In this document: piece by piece, positions 19,954 through 29,698 of the stretch
Position numbering within the stretch: the first letter of the stretch is position 1
Layout of the letters: each line of letters opens with the position of its first letter
From: a virus
DNA: 64,000 nucleotides
Virus record (IMG/VR): IMGVR_UViG_3300009709_000003
Location: 96,709-160,708 of that record
Strand: one strand, 5' to 3'
Position numbers and translations under genes: made by a program
The notes under the pieces: generated by a model
Told to the model about the DNA's origin: nothing
What the model saw: only the letters and a program-made list of their open reading frames with translations
Databases searched by the model: none

Positions 19954-20820
19954 ATGCCCATCACCAAACCGTTTTTAGCCTACACCATCACAGATACTGC
20001 AAAACTTAAATATCCAGTTCTTTGTACTCCGAAACTCGACGGCATTCGATGCGTTAAAGTAGGCGGCAAAGCCCTAAGTCGTAGTTTTAAACCTATTCCC
20101 AATAGGTTTATTAGAGATTGGATTGAGACAAATGTGCCGGATGGTTGTGACGGTGAAATTATGGTTGGGGACAATTTCCAAGCCGTAACCAGTGGGGTCA
20201 TGTCTCATGACGGAGAGCCGGAATTCACTTACGTGATTTTTGACTATGTTACAGATCTTAATAGGCCGTATGAAGAAAGGGTAAAAGACATGGATAATTT
20301 ACCTTTGCTTAACCACGCTAGGATTTTATATCCTGTCTATGTGAAAAACGAAAAAGAGTTGTTGGAGTTCGAATCTGGGTGTTTGTCTGCTGGATATGAG
20401 GGTATTATTGTGAGATCTGCAGACGGCTTTTATAAATGCGGCCGTTCTACCAGCAAAGAAGGAGGAATGGGCAAACTGAAGCGTTTCTCAGATTCCGAAG
20501 CTGAAGTTATTGGGTTTGAAGAACTAACCATCAATCAAAATGATCAGACTCGTGATGCGTTAGGATATGCAGAACGTTCTACCGCAAAAGAAGGCATGGT
20601 TAAGGGCGGGACGCTTGGTAATCTCCTGGTGCGTGACATCCACACAAAAATTGAATTTAGTTTGGGTAGTGGATTAAATGATGCTATTCGTGATCAGATT
20701 TGGAACAATCAAGAAAGCTATATAGGACAACTCGTTAAGTATAAATATTTTGCCTTTGGCATGAAAGATAAGGTTAGGTTTCCAGTATTTATTGGATTTC
20801 GTCATACGGATGACTTATGA
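19954..20820 (+). CDS. minimal ATP-dependent DNA ligase
   Basis: KLDGIR (motif I), DGEI, FD, EGIIVR, KLKR, GSG, RFPVF. Confidence 0.95.
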   Translation: MPITKPFLAYTITDTAKLKYPVLCTPKLDGIRCVKVGGKALSRSFKPIPNRFIRDWIETNVPDGCDGEIMVGDNFQAVTSGVMSHDGEPEFTYVIFDYVTDLNRPYEERVKDMDNLPLLNHARILYPVYVKNEKELLEFESGCLSAGYEGIIVRSADGFYKCGRSTSKEGGMGKLKRFSDSEAEVIGFEELTINQNDQTRDALGYAERSTAKEGMVKGGTLGNLLVRDIHTKIEFSLGSGLNDAIRDQIWNNQESYIGQLVKYKYFAFGMKDKVRFPVFIGFRHTDDL

Positions 20821-21638
20821 ACACGCAAACATCACAATCTAGGCGACTTACTCATTATCCTGTTTGTGATACGATGGATCAAGCCCAAATTATTGAGGCT
20901 CTTGATAAATGGCGCTCCACCAACGATGTTAGATATAGAGACAAAATTCTGGCCGCATATCAAGGTGTAGTTGTTCAGATTGCGAATAGATTACACAGAC
21001 AAGGACATCTTACCAAAGAAGATCTTGTACAAGAGGGGTTTATAGCTCTTCTATATGCGGTCAATCGATATGATCCATCTAGAGGCACTAAATTCATGTC
21101 TTATGCATGGGCCTGCATTCAAGGCTACATGTATGTTGCTATAAACCGTGCAGTACTTATTCGGTACACCATGTCCAATGAGAGACAGAAGATATTTTGG
21201 AAACTGCCAGGTTTGTTGTCGATGATGGATAATCACCATGACAAGGCAAATGTGCGTGAGACATTTGCCAAACAACATGATGTTGCGTTGAAAGATATAG
21301 AATACATGGAGGAATGGTATACTAATACTTGTGTAACTTCTGAAATAGAGAATGTCTCTCGCGACAAGCCATCTAATATCGAAAATTCACTACAGAGTGA
21401 GGATTTGTACAAGATAGCAAAGAAAGCTTGGTACACCAACAATTGCGTAAGAAAAGTAGACGTATACTGGGACGTGTATGCCAGCATAGCCAAAGGTGCA
21501 ACTCGCAAAGATATATGTGCTAAATATGGATATACGAGAGAAAGTATTCGTCAGATTCTTCTCCGTGTCACCGCTCACATTGAAAAAACTATATCAAAAG
21601 AACAAGAACCGCCATTTGTCTCAACAGATAGACAGTAG
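20817..21638 (+). CDS. sigma70-family RNA polymerase sigma factor
   Basis: Region 2 EDLVQEGFIALLYAVNRYDPSRGTKFMSYA; region 4 YGYTRESIRQI. Confidence 0.9.
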   Translation: MNTQTSQSRRLTHYPVCDTMDQAQIIEALDKWRSTNDVRYRDKILAAYQGVVVQIANRLHRQGHLTKEDLVQEGFIALLYAVNRYDPSRGTKFMSYAWACIQGYMYVAINRAVLIRYTMSNERQKIFWKLPGLLSMMDNHHDKANVRETFAKQHDVALKDIEYMEEWYTNTCVTSEIENVSRDKPSNIENSLQSEDLYKIAKKAWYTNNCVRKVDVYWDVYASIAKGATRKDICAKYGYTRESIRQILLRVTAHIEKTISKEQEPPFVSTDRQ

Positions 21639-21647
21639 GAGTAGTAG

Positions 21648-21821
21648 ATGGAAGTCGGTTTTAACATAACAGTTAATTTAGACACCGGGGACTACGAAGT
21701 CAAGGTAAATAACCTCTCCAATCCTGGGGAACCCATGGAATGGAACAAAGTTAAACGGGCTCTTGATGCAGTGTTGGGTGACTTCAACAAGTCTAAAGAC
21801 GAATTAATGGTGGAACAATGA
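21648..21821 (+). CDS. small hypothetical protein (57 aa, not in ORF track)
   Basis: RBS AGGAG; MEVGFNITVNLDTGDYEVKVNNLSNPGEPMEW..., similar to 14851..15090. Confidence 0.6.
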   Translation: MEVGFNITVNLDTGDYEVKVNNLSNPGEPMEWNKVKRALDAVLGDFNKSKDELMVEQ

Positions 21822-22437
21822 CACCTACTGAAGAGATGGACAAACTAAAACAGTTTGTAAAACGTGCAGATGAATATTGCGAGCAATTTGATAAATCGCC
21901 CATGTACGTAGCAGGGGACGGTTTTGATGACTACGGCCCATTTCTTGATATTTTTACCAACAACTACGTTTTTAGACTTAGGAACGCTTCCACCACCATA
22001 GAAACCATGATGGTTGCTCAAAAGTTTCATGGTGTATGTATTGAAAATCCTCCTCATGTAGATGGTAAAGATCGTCCAAAACCCTACACTAACCTTTTCT
22101 TTGCCAATCCGGCAGATTTAGTTATCTACACTAGATAATTGGAGACATCATGATCCTAAATGGCTCTTACATCATGTACTATGACCCGCTTGATGCTCAT
22201 CATACTATTATGAAGCAACAGAGGTATCAAGATAAGTTGCGCACAAGGGACTATTTCAAATTGGTAGTTTGGTCAGGAGGGGTGGAAATTATTCAATGTG
22301 TGGACGGGGTTGAGCGTTTTCTACAACATTCGAATGAAGGTAAAAGCCCCGTAACCTTTACACCAAGACCAATCGCATTGCCAGAGTGGAACAAATTAAT
22401 GCGCAAGCTAGACATCGAATTGGATTTTGAGGATCTA

Positions 22438-22611
22438 TCAAAGCTTCTTTTTTGAAGCCTTTATCATTGCTTGCATTCTTACATTGATATCATCCATCTG
22501 TTTAATCAAATCTCTTATGTTGTCTTTACAAACTTGTAAACGTTGTTTAGAGGTTTGCTTAAATTCTTCCACATCTACTGCTTCTGCCAAATGGCTTGTT
22601 TTAGACGACAT
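22438..22611 (-). CDS. small coiled-coil protein (57 aa, not in ORF track)
   Basis: Hand translation MSSKTSHLAEAVDVEEFKQ...; directly follows 22613..22897. Confidence 0.5.
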   Translation of the reverse strand: MSSKTSHLAEAVDVEEFKQTSKQRLQVCKDNIRDLIKQMDDINVRMQAMIKASKKKL

Positions 22612-22612
22612 T

Positions 22613-22897
22613 TTATCCCCTTACGTTATGAACTACCACATAGTCTTTTAGAGACTGAATTACAATAGTCATGCTAGTCATGGCTCTGTTATGTTCGTCT
22701 GTCATTTCTAAGACATCACGATTGATTTCTTTTATGAGTTCCATTTGAGATTTTTGAATATCATATATTCTATTCTGCAAAGCGATGATATGTTTCCACA
22801 TAACACCAATCGCAATACATAAACCGACGATAATTAAAATGATTAGGGTCCAACCAGGACCGAACTTTGTAAATTCAGCTACTATGTCGCCTATCAT
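22613..22897 (-). CDS. single-TM plus coiled-coil protein (BhlA/UviB holin-like architecture)
   Basis: FGPGWTLIILIIVGLCIAIGVMW followed by a coiled coil. Confidence 0.45.
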   Translation of the reverse strand: MIGDIVAEFTKFGPGWTLIILIIVGLCIAIGVMWKHIIALQNRIYDIQKSQMELIKEINRDVLEMTDEHNRAMTSMTIVIQSLKDYVVVHNVRG

Positions 22898-22909
22898 ATG
22901 AAACTACCT

Positions 22910-24313
22910 TCAACTGGGCATCGACTCAAGTTCTGGTTTTGCGCCCAATTCTGGTTGATGCTCACCCTCAGGTTTTTTCTCAAGATCTTCTAAAGCTTTA
23001 GAAGTATTTTCTAGGGTGGTGCTGACTTCGCTACGCAATGCTTCATCGTTATTCTGCATGGTAGCATCTTGCAAGATATCTTGCAATTCTTGCAACATTT
23101 GCTGAAACAAGGCTAACTTCTCTTGAAGTTTATCTTGTTCCATTTGACTAACCTTAGGAATAGTTGGTTTTGGCAAAGACGTAAGATTCTTGGTCTTACG
23201 TTTCATTTTGCGATCCATCTTTTGTTGTGGGGTAAGAGTCTTTTTACCGGCATCGCGTTGACCCTCTGCGTACCAAAACTCCTCCCAATCATTGATTTGA
23301 GAATTTTGTAGGGCAGTTTGCGCTTGTTTTACTGTACCATCAAACACGCGCCAAGATCCTACACGACTAATAAATCCACTATCTAGAGATCTAACACCTT
23401 CTAGACCCAATTTACCTCCATCGATTGTACGAACAGTAAAACGGTCGGGTGAGATCTCACTAACTTGCCAGAAACGTGTGTCGTTATGAGAAGCCACAAC
23501 CATACGACCGTTGTGTTTACGCAACGCGGTCATCATCTTTAAATGATCGTCCGTCGTCCCCTCGTGCATATCATCCCATTCTGGCACTTCTACTTGGTCT
23601 TCCAAACGAGAAGTAGTAACTTCTGGCTCAAATTCCTCGCAAGCCTGAATCATGGGACCACTATCACAAGCTTCCAGATCTAGACCATTCCCCATAGGGG
23701 CTTCAAGGGTCATTTCCGGATCCATCTCTTTTGGTGCACTTAATTCGGGTTCCATCATCAATTCAAGCATATCAGGTGGAAGTTCTTCAACTCCACTATC
23801 AGTTTGGACCGAAATGGCAGATGGCGCAAGCACGATAATATCACCAGTGGCTACTTTACCATTATTGGGGAACTTAACTCGCGACCCTACTTTGAGTGGA
23901 TTCCCGAATCGGTCAGACACCTTTTGTACGGAGGCAGTACGGTTCTGTGAAACCTTTTTATGCTCCTCTTTACGGACCAGGAACATACCGTCGTCATCGG
24001 AAATCATTTCCCATAGGTAATGGGCAGATCGCCAAAAGCCCGTTCCAGCCGATTGAAAATTAGACGGCACGTCTGCAACAGAGGCAACTTTGATGCGGGT
24101 GGGCTGATCGTCTTTAGTCTCCGAAGCCTGTTTAACAACTACAGGTGTAGAGGTTGGGGCGGTTTTAGATTTAGACTCCAAGAAACGGCTAGCGATACGA
24201 ACAATGCCATCATTATCAATAGCAGAAGAATCAAAATTTTTAGATACAGTATTGGCGTTTTTCTTGTGGTCCACTTGTAGACTCCTCACGTGACTTAGTA
24301 GATAATCGACCAT
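22910..24313 (-). CDS. hypothetical protein (acidic, possibly virion-associated)
   Basis: 467-aa ORF with KOW/SH3-like LKVGSRVKF segment, acidic linkers and C-terminal coiled coil. Confidence 0.6.
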   Translation of the reverse strand: MVDYLLSHVRSLQVDHKKNANTVSKNFDSSAIDNDGIVRIASRFLESKSKTAPTSTPVVVKQASETKDDQPTRIKVASVADVPSNFQSAGTGFWRSAHYLWEMISDDDGMFLVRKEEHKKVSQNRTASVQKVSDRFGNPLKVGSRVKFPNNGKVATGDIIVLAPSAISVQTDSGVEELPPDMLELMMEPELSAPKEMDPEMTLEAPMGNGLDLEACDSGPMIQACEEFEPEVTTSRLEDQVEVPEWDDMHEGTTDDHLKMMTALRKHNGRMVVASHNDTRFWQVSEISPDRFTVRTIDGGKLGLEGVRSLDSGFISRVGSWRVFDGTVKQAQTALQNSQINDWEEFWYAEGQRDAGKKTLTPQQKMDRKMKRKTKNLTSLPKPTIPKVSQMEQDKLQEKLALFQQMLQELQDILQDATMQNNDEALRSEVSTTLENTSKALEDLEKKPEGEHQPELGAKPELESMPS

Positions 24314-24570
24314 TACCTAAAAATAGCAACAGGGTATTAACAAACAATACAGGTATCGGAGATACACTATTATGGCAGAAGTTAGGATTAAACTTAAAAA
24401 GAAATTTTCAAACGATGGAACAGAGTATTACATCGGCAACTGTGATCTAGAGCTGAACTTAGCCGACACCGTTATCATGGTATACCCAAACGACGATGAT
24501 AAGGGTGCGACACTCATTGTACGTGTCTACAATGAGGACATGCGTAAAACTGCTGGCCACGATCCAGAAA

Positions 24571-25776
24571 ATGATTGATCAAAATTTTGCAGATTTCATA
24601 CGTCTGGCACCCAAAGCTGATTTGCATCAGCATCTCGGTGGCTCTATTCGTTTGAGCACAATATTGGATCTGGCTGAACGTAATCGTATAAAACTGCCCT
24701 ATCAAACTATAGATGGGCTACAACAGAATGTATTTAAGCGACAATATGACTCATTGGCAGAGTACTTAGAATGTTTCAAATACACCAGTCTGGTAAGTCA
24801 AACCGGAGAAGCTCTTACTCGCATCGGATACGAATCCGTAGTTGACAATTATGCAGATGGAGTTACCCACCTAGAACTTAGATTTGCACCACATTTGCAC
24901 GTTTCTCATAAAGATGGCGTTATAGATGCAATCAAATCAGTGTATGAGGGGATGAAATTAGCTGCAGATGAGATAAACGCGTCGAATCCAAAAATACCAT
25001 TTAACTTTGGTATTATATGTATTGCCATGCGACACGTAACTCCAGAGAGTAGTCCATACTTTCATAGACTTGGCACGACACTAACTCTACAGGAAGCTTC
25101 CTTAAATTTGGTCCATACCGCCACATATCTCAAGTCAAGGAAACTTTACAATGTGGTTGGCTTTGATTTGGCGGGTCCTGAAAATACATTTCCTGCTAAA
25201 ACGCATGCAAAGGCGTTTAGACATGCTTTTGAAAGTTTTCTTGGGACCACCGTGCACGCCGGAGAGGCATACGGGCCAGAATCTATTTATCAAGCAATCA
25301 CCGATCTCTGTACAACCCGCATTGGGCATGGAACAAACCTATTGCGCACAGACATGATTAAAAAGTTCTCTAAACAAGAAGATAAACAATCCTATGTAGA
25401 CGGATTGGTAGAGACCCTATCTAACAGGCGTATTCCTATAGAGATATGTTTGACCAGCAATATGATGGTAAATCCTGTAATGTGGGATAACCCTACCACT
25501 CATCCAATGAAAAATTTTATGGATAAGGGTCTAGCTTGCGTGTTGGCTACAGATAACAGAACAGTATGCAACACTACTCTAAGTAAAGAGTTCATGTTGG
25601 CTAAGGAAACATTTAACTTGTCTCTACAAGATGTAAAGAAACTTGTAATTCGAGGATTTAAACACGGATTTTACGCCGAACCCTATGTAGAAAAACGGGA
25701 CTACGTGCGAAAAGTTATCGATGTTTATGAAGATTTGGAACTGAAATATTTTGGTGTGGTAAGTCCACGATATTAA
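24571..25776 (+). CDS. add: adenosine deaminase family protein
   Basis: PKADLHQHLGGS, LELRFAP, GFDLAGPE, TVHAGE, RIGHG, EICLTSN, ATDN; start at 24571 overlaps the upstream ORF. Confidence 0.92.
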   Translation: MIDQNFADFIRLAPKADLHQHLGGSIRLSTILDLAERNRIKLPYQTIDGLQQNVFKRQYDSLAEYLECFKYTSLVSQTGEALTRIGYESVVDNYADGVTHLELRFAPHLHVSHKDGVIDAIKSVYEGMKLAADEINASNPKIPFNFGIICIAMRHVTPESSPYFHRLGTTLTLQEASLNLVHTATYLKSRKLYNVVGFDLAGPENTFPAKTHAKAFRHAFESFLGTTVHAGEAYGPESIYQAITDLCTTRIGHGTNLLRTDMIKKFSKQEDKQSYVDGLVETLSNRRIPIEICLTSNMMVNPVMWDNPTTHPMKNFMDKGLACVLATDNRTVCNTTLSKEFMLAKETFNLSLQDVKKLVIRGFKHGFYAEPYVEKRDYVRKVIDVYEDLELKYFGVVSPRY

Positions 25777-25938
25777 TCAAACTTTCCAGGTAACACTGAC
25801 TGGATGTGCGTCTAGCACCCGTTTAGCCTCCTTCTTACATTTAGGACAAACGGTATTAGACTTATAATCTTTCAGAGGCCGGTCCTCAGTAAATTGCTGT
25901 TTACACTTATCATTTGTGCATTCATAACTATATCGCAT
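25777..25938 (-). CDS. FmdB-like zinc ribbon protein (53 aa, not in ORF track)
   Basis: MRYSYECTNDKC...F...VCPKC...AKRVL. Confidence 0.7.
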   Translation of the reverse strand: MRYSYECTNDKCKQQFTEDRPLKDYKSNTVCPKCKKEAKRVLDAHPVSVTWKV

Positions 25939-26123
25939 GACTGTCTCCTGTCATTCTATTAAACTTGCCCGTGGCCATAGTGTGCACCAACTTAAGAGTC
26001 CAAAGACTCATAGGACAAGGAATTGTATCATTGTCCGCAAATTTTTTATTCCAATTTGGGATAAGCTCCATAATTAGAGCATTCTTTTCAGCAGTGCCAT
26101 TATCAATGGCTTGTTGAATCTCA

Positions 26124-27407
26124 TCAAGCATTATCCGGTGTTCGGGTGATATCATCGGTTTTCCAGGTTGAGTGTTCGACCAAATAATCCACAATCCAAT
26201 TAATGTAGACACCCATGTCAACTGTAGATGGAGTAACTGCAACTTTATCTTTGCTGGAGGTTGGATAGGGTATAGAAAAAAGCACCCCCAAATTCCAAAG
26301 TTTAAATGTGATATCGCATACATCCAACATGCGCAACTTTTCAGTTTCTAGTTCGTCGGCCTTAATCGTACCCGCTGCAAGAGATCGATTAGCCAACATC
26401 TGTACATATTCCTCAGACACAGGCGCGGATAATTTTACAACTTGGCGCACCTTATCAATAACGGTGTTCTTTTTATACTGCACCTCGGCGGTTTCCATTT
26501 GCTGAAGTGCGTTCGTTGTCAAAACTTCCCGCCAAATCTTAAGGTTATCATACCCAGCAGTAATGGCCAATTCGTCGTCAACTGGTTGTGGTTCGCAAGT
26601 AAATGTATGGTTTACCGTTACTTCGAGCGTTAATTGGTCCAATCCAATAGTTTTAGCAAATTCATTGTCCTCAAGCAAAAACATATCTCCGGACTTTTGG
26701 CCTACCAGAACTTTTAGTAGAGAAGGTGGGCGCATATAACCTTCCAACATGCGCAGTTTCACACTTGATTCACGAAGTTCAACTACTTCATTACCATTTG
26801 TAAAAGCTCGCACAGAAACTTCTACGGAGTCGCCAATCTCTGCCGGCAAAGAATTGCCTGCCTCATCGGTTTTGGTACGCAGAATTGGATTTGAAATCGA
26901 AAAATTGTGTGTGGCTTTATCTACTACTGCATCCACATCCAAATGTGGTAAAGATGGCAAAATAAATTGTGACATGTCAATTGGCTCCATACTAGGGATA
27001 ACCATTAAGTCACAAGTTACCTGCCAAGATTGATCATCCAATTTGCTAGCCATATGATGTGAAGTATACAACATCCGATATGGGGATTGCAACTTCAATT
27101 CATTATCCACAAGAGATGCAAATGTTTCCCCATACACTTTCTCTGCTCCTCCCAAACGTTTTTCAAGCAAATGGCGATTAACACCCTTTCCATTTCTAAA
27201 ACCAGGAACAGAGGATTGCTTGAGGCTTTTAGCTGCAGTTTTTTCAATTTTAGTGGAAATTGCTTTACCAATTTTAACTTTAACCGCAAACAAGGCACCA
27301 TCTACATGGGTACCAGTCAAATCGAATTGATCATTCTTAAAATGGAAGTTTTCCATTGGCTTTTGCCTATGAAATTGTGAAATATCTTTTCGATCAAAAT
27401 CTTGCAT
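26124..27407 (-). CDS. tig: trigger factor-like chaperone
   Basis: Ribosome-binding signature VPGFRNGK; FKBP-like AEIGDSVEV...LVGQKSGD; VDDELA...GYDNL; about 427 aa; RBS before ATG at 27407. Confidence 0.8.
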   Translation of the reverse strand: MQDFDRKDISQFHRQKPMENFHFKNDQFDLTGTHVDGALFAVKVKIGKAISTKIEKTAAKSLKQSSVPGFRNGKGVNRHLLEKRLGGAEKVYGETFASLVDNELKLQSPYRMLYTSHHMASKLDDQSWQVTCDLMVIPSMEPIDMSQFILPSLPHLDVDAVVDKATHNFSISNPILRTKTDEAGNSLPAEIGDSVEVSVRAFTNGNEVVELRESSVKLRMLEGYMRPPSLLKVLVGQKSGDMFLLEDNEFAKTIGLDQLTLEVTVNHTFTCEPQPVDDELAITAGYDNLKIWREVLTTNALQQMETAEVQYKKNTVIDKVRQVVKLSAPVSEEYVQMLANRSLAAGTIKADELETEKLRMLDVCDITFKLWNLGVLFSIPYPTSSKDKVAVTPSTVDMGVYINWIVDYLVEHSTWKTDDITRTPDNA

Positions 27408-29448
27408 TGTAATCCCCTGTATAATCAACACTTGACATGTCATTTTTCTTAGTGATGGTCCAAGTGTTGTCGAAATCCATACTATTTACAAATCTACTGT
27501 TGTGACTAATTATCAAGCACGTGTCTGTATGTTTAAGTCTATCGAAAGCCAAAATAAGATTATCTATGTTCGTGTTATCCAAGGCGTCATCAATTTCGTC
27601 AACAGCTGCGAAATTAACTCCAACTCCACGTTCGAAAGCCAGTGTTCTCATAGCCAAAAACACAGCGAACACTATCATTTTTGATTCACCGCCTGAATAC
27701 ATACCAATCGGTATGTCACCCCGACCAGTAACGGAAACTATCAAGTCTATGCCTTGTTTAACACCCTTGCCTGACGCCTTTGTTTGAGCTGTCACAAATC
27801 TAGCAGTTGCACCACCAGGCCAAATTGTTTCTAATTCCTCGGCAAGCAACTGGTTAAGCCTTTCAATAGAAACGTCGTATTCCTGCAACTTTATCTTTTT
27901 GAAATGTTTATCTAAAAATTGTGCATGCTGTACGTCAAGTAGCTTGCTCTCGATAGTACCCGCTAAGGCATTTTTCTCATCCAATGCTTTAGTATATTGG
28001 TCGCGACGAGCCACCATGTCTTCCAACTGCTTGGTGGCCACTTGTATGTCTCTGACTATAGACTTAAATGCGATTTCTTTAGTGTTCAAATGCGATTGCT
28101 TAAGTAACAAATCGTTTTTTAGACTAGAATGGTCAACTTGCGTTGACATCGCAGATATGCTCTGAAGTATTGTTTTTATTTTTAAGTCTATGTCTTTAAC
28201 TAGGGCTTCTGTTTCAATGTTATAATTGCTTCGCTCAAATTGTTCCAACATAAATAGCTGTCTGTTAGCATCCGATATCAACAAGTCCAAACTTTTTATC
28301 TTATTAACTGTTTCCTCTGAGTGATTCTCAACTGGATGGCTAGGTAAAGTTTGTTTGCAATATGGGCATATACCACTTACATTGTTCTTTATAGCAGCAA
28401 GTTCTTTAGCCAAAATAGCCTTATCTAAGCTATATTCGGCAATTTTGGCCTTTAATTCTTCATGAGTGTCTGAGTATTTAATCGGCCTAAAAGAAACCGC
28501 ACCACGCTCAAGTTGAAGAGAGTCATAGTGTTGACGCAATGCGTCCATTTGTCTAGCATGTGCTTGAGATGCCGTTTCGGCAGTTAGCAATGCTGATTGT
28601 GCTGCTGAATACTCCGCAACTGCCGTTTGTCTCTCCTGGTCTGCAACTTGCTTGGCAAGTTTCAACGACTCAAGCCCAACTACTACTTCAGACATCTCGT
28701 GGTCGGACGGATAAGTAAACTTACTAAGCCACCCCTCCATAGTTTGATGTCGAATATTTAAAGCATCAACTTCTACCTGGATAGATGAAGCTTTAACTTT
28801 AGCTAATTCGGCAGCACGTTCCCATAAAGAAACGTCAACAACAGCTTTTATGATTTTTTCGCGTTCACCTGAAGTACCATTAGTAAGTACGGACATAGCC
28901 CGTTGACCAATGCTCACATATGCAGAAAACTGGTCGATTGTCATCTTCAACACATCTTTGCAGACGTACTTCTGAATATCAAGAATTGTCTTGGCACCCT
29001 GTGATGTAGGACGATCATCAACCCACTCGTCCCCATCCCAATACTCTACAAACACATCTGTGCCTGTATATGTGTTTCCTGTGGAAAGTACAGTTGATGG
29101 CTCTGTGCCAATAATCGACGTACCTATTTCCTCATCAGTCCATTTCCGAGTTTGAATAACACGATATTTTATGTCATCATGATTGATGAACCAAAGTACA
29201 CCAAACTGGCCTTTATTCCACAGTTTGTTTGTGTTTACAACATCTCCAGCGCCATGTCCAGTATCGTTTTCTCCAAAAGCAATCTGCTTAACTGCATTTA
29301 GAATAGATGATTTACCAATTCCATTTGACGTGCCACGATCCACATCTGTGCCAGTAATATATACCCTACCCTGTTCGTGCAGAGGTATAGTTTTACAAAC
29401 GCCATGAGAGAACATACCGGTTGTATTTACGGCCAAAAATGTAATCAC
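27394..29448 (-). CDS. sbcC: SbcC/Rad50-like ATPase
   Basis: NGIGKSS, Zn hook CPYC, YSGGE, VDEIDDALD, ISHN; coiled coils. Confidence 0.92.
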   Translation of the reverse strand: MITFLAVNTTGMFSHGVCKTIPLHEQGRVYITGTDVDRGTSNGIGKSSILNAVKQIAFGENDTGHGAGDVVNTNKLWNKGQFGVLWFINHDDIKYRVIQTRKWTDEEIGTSIIGTEPSTVLSTGNTYTGTDVFVEYWDGDEWVDDRPTSQGAKTILDIQKYVCKDVLKMTIDQFSAYVSIGQRAMSVLTNGTSGEREKIIKAVVDVSLWERAAELAKVKASSIQVEVDALNIRHQTMEGWLSKFTYPSDHEMSEVVVGLESLKLAKQVADQERQTAVAEYSAAQSALLTAETASQAHARQMDALRQHYDSLQLERGAVSFRPIKYSDTHEELKAKIAEYSLDKAILAKELAAIKNNVSGICPYCKQTLPSHPVENHSEETVNKIKSLDLLISDANRQLFMLEQFERSNYNIETEALVKDIDLKIKTILQSISAMSTQVDHSSLKNDLLLKQSHLNTKEIAFKSIVRDIQVATKQLEDMVARRDQYTKALDEKNALAGTIESKLLDVQHAQFLDKHFKKIKLQEYDVSIERLNQLLAEELETIWPGGATARFVTAQTKASGKGVKQGIDLIVSVTGRGDIPIGMYSGGESKMIVFAVFLAMRTLAFERGVGVNFAAVDEIDDALDNTNIDNLILAFDRLKHTDTCLIISHNSRFVNSMDFDNTWTITKKNDMSSVDYTGDYNARF

Positions 29449-29698
29449 TTAACATCTTCCAACTTCAAATTTGAATTCTTCATTAGTGAGATAATGTCAC
29501 GAATGAATTGGGCCTGGGCCTCATTGCCGGGCCACTTAGACGCTAACACACCGCGCAATGGGTCTGTCATAGGAGAAGTACGAAAAGAAGTTACGTACTG
29601 ACCTTTACCACCTAGAACCAAATCGTATTCTTCGCGGATTTTTTGCACTAGAGCTTTAATGTTTTTCAGATCATCACGTTCATCAAATATATCAGACA

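Noticed and set aside
24571-25776. RADAR defence system (RdrB deaminase)
   Set aside because: Protein is about 400 aa with classical ADA layout, and there is no adjacent RdrA AAA+ ATPase.
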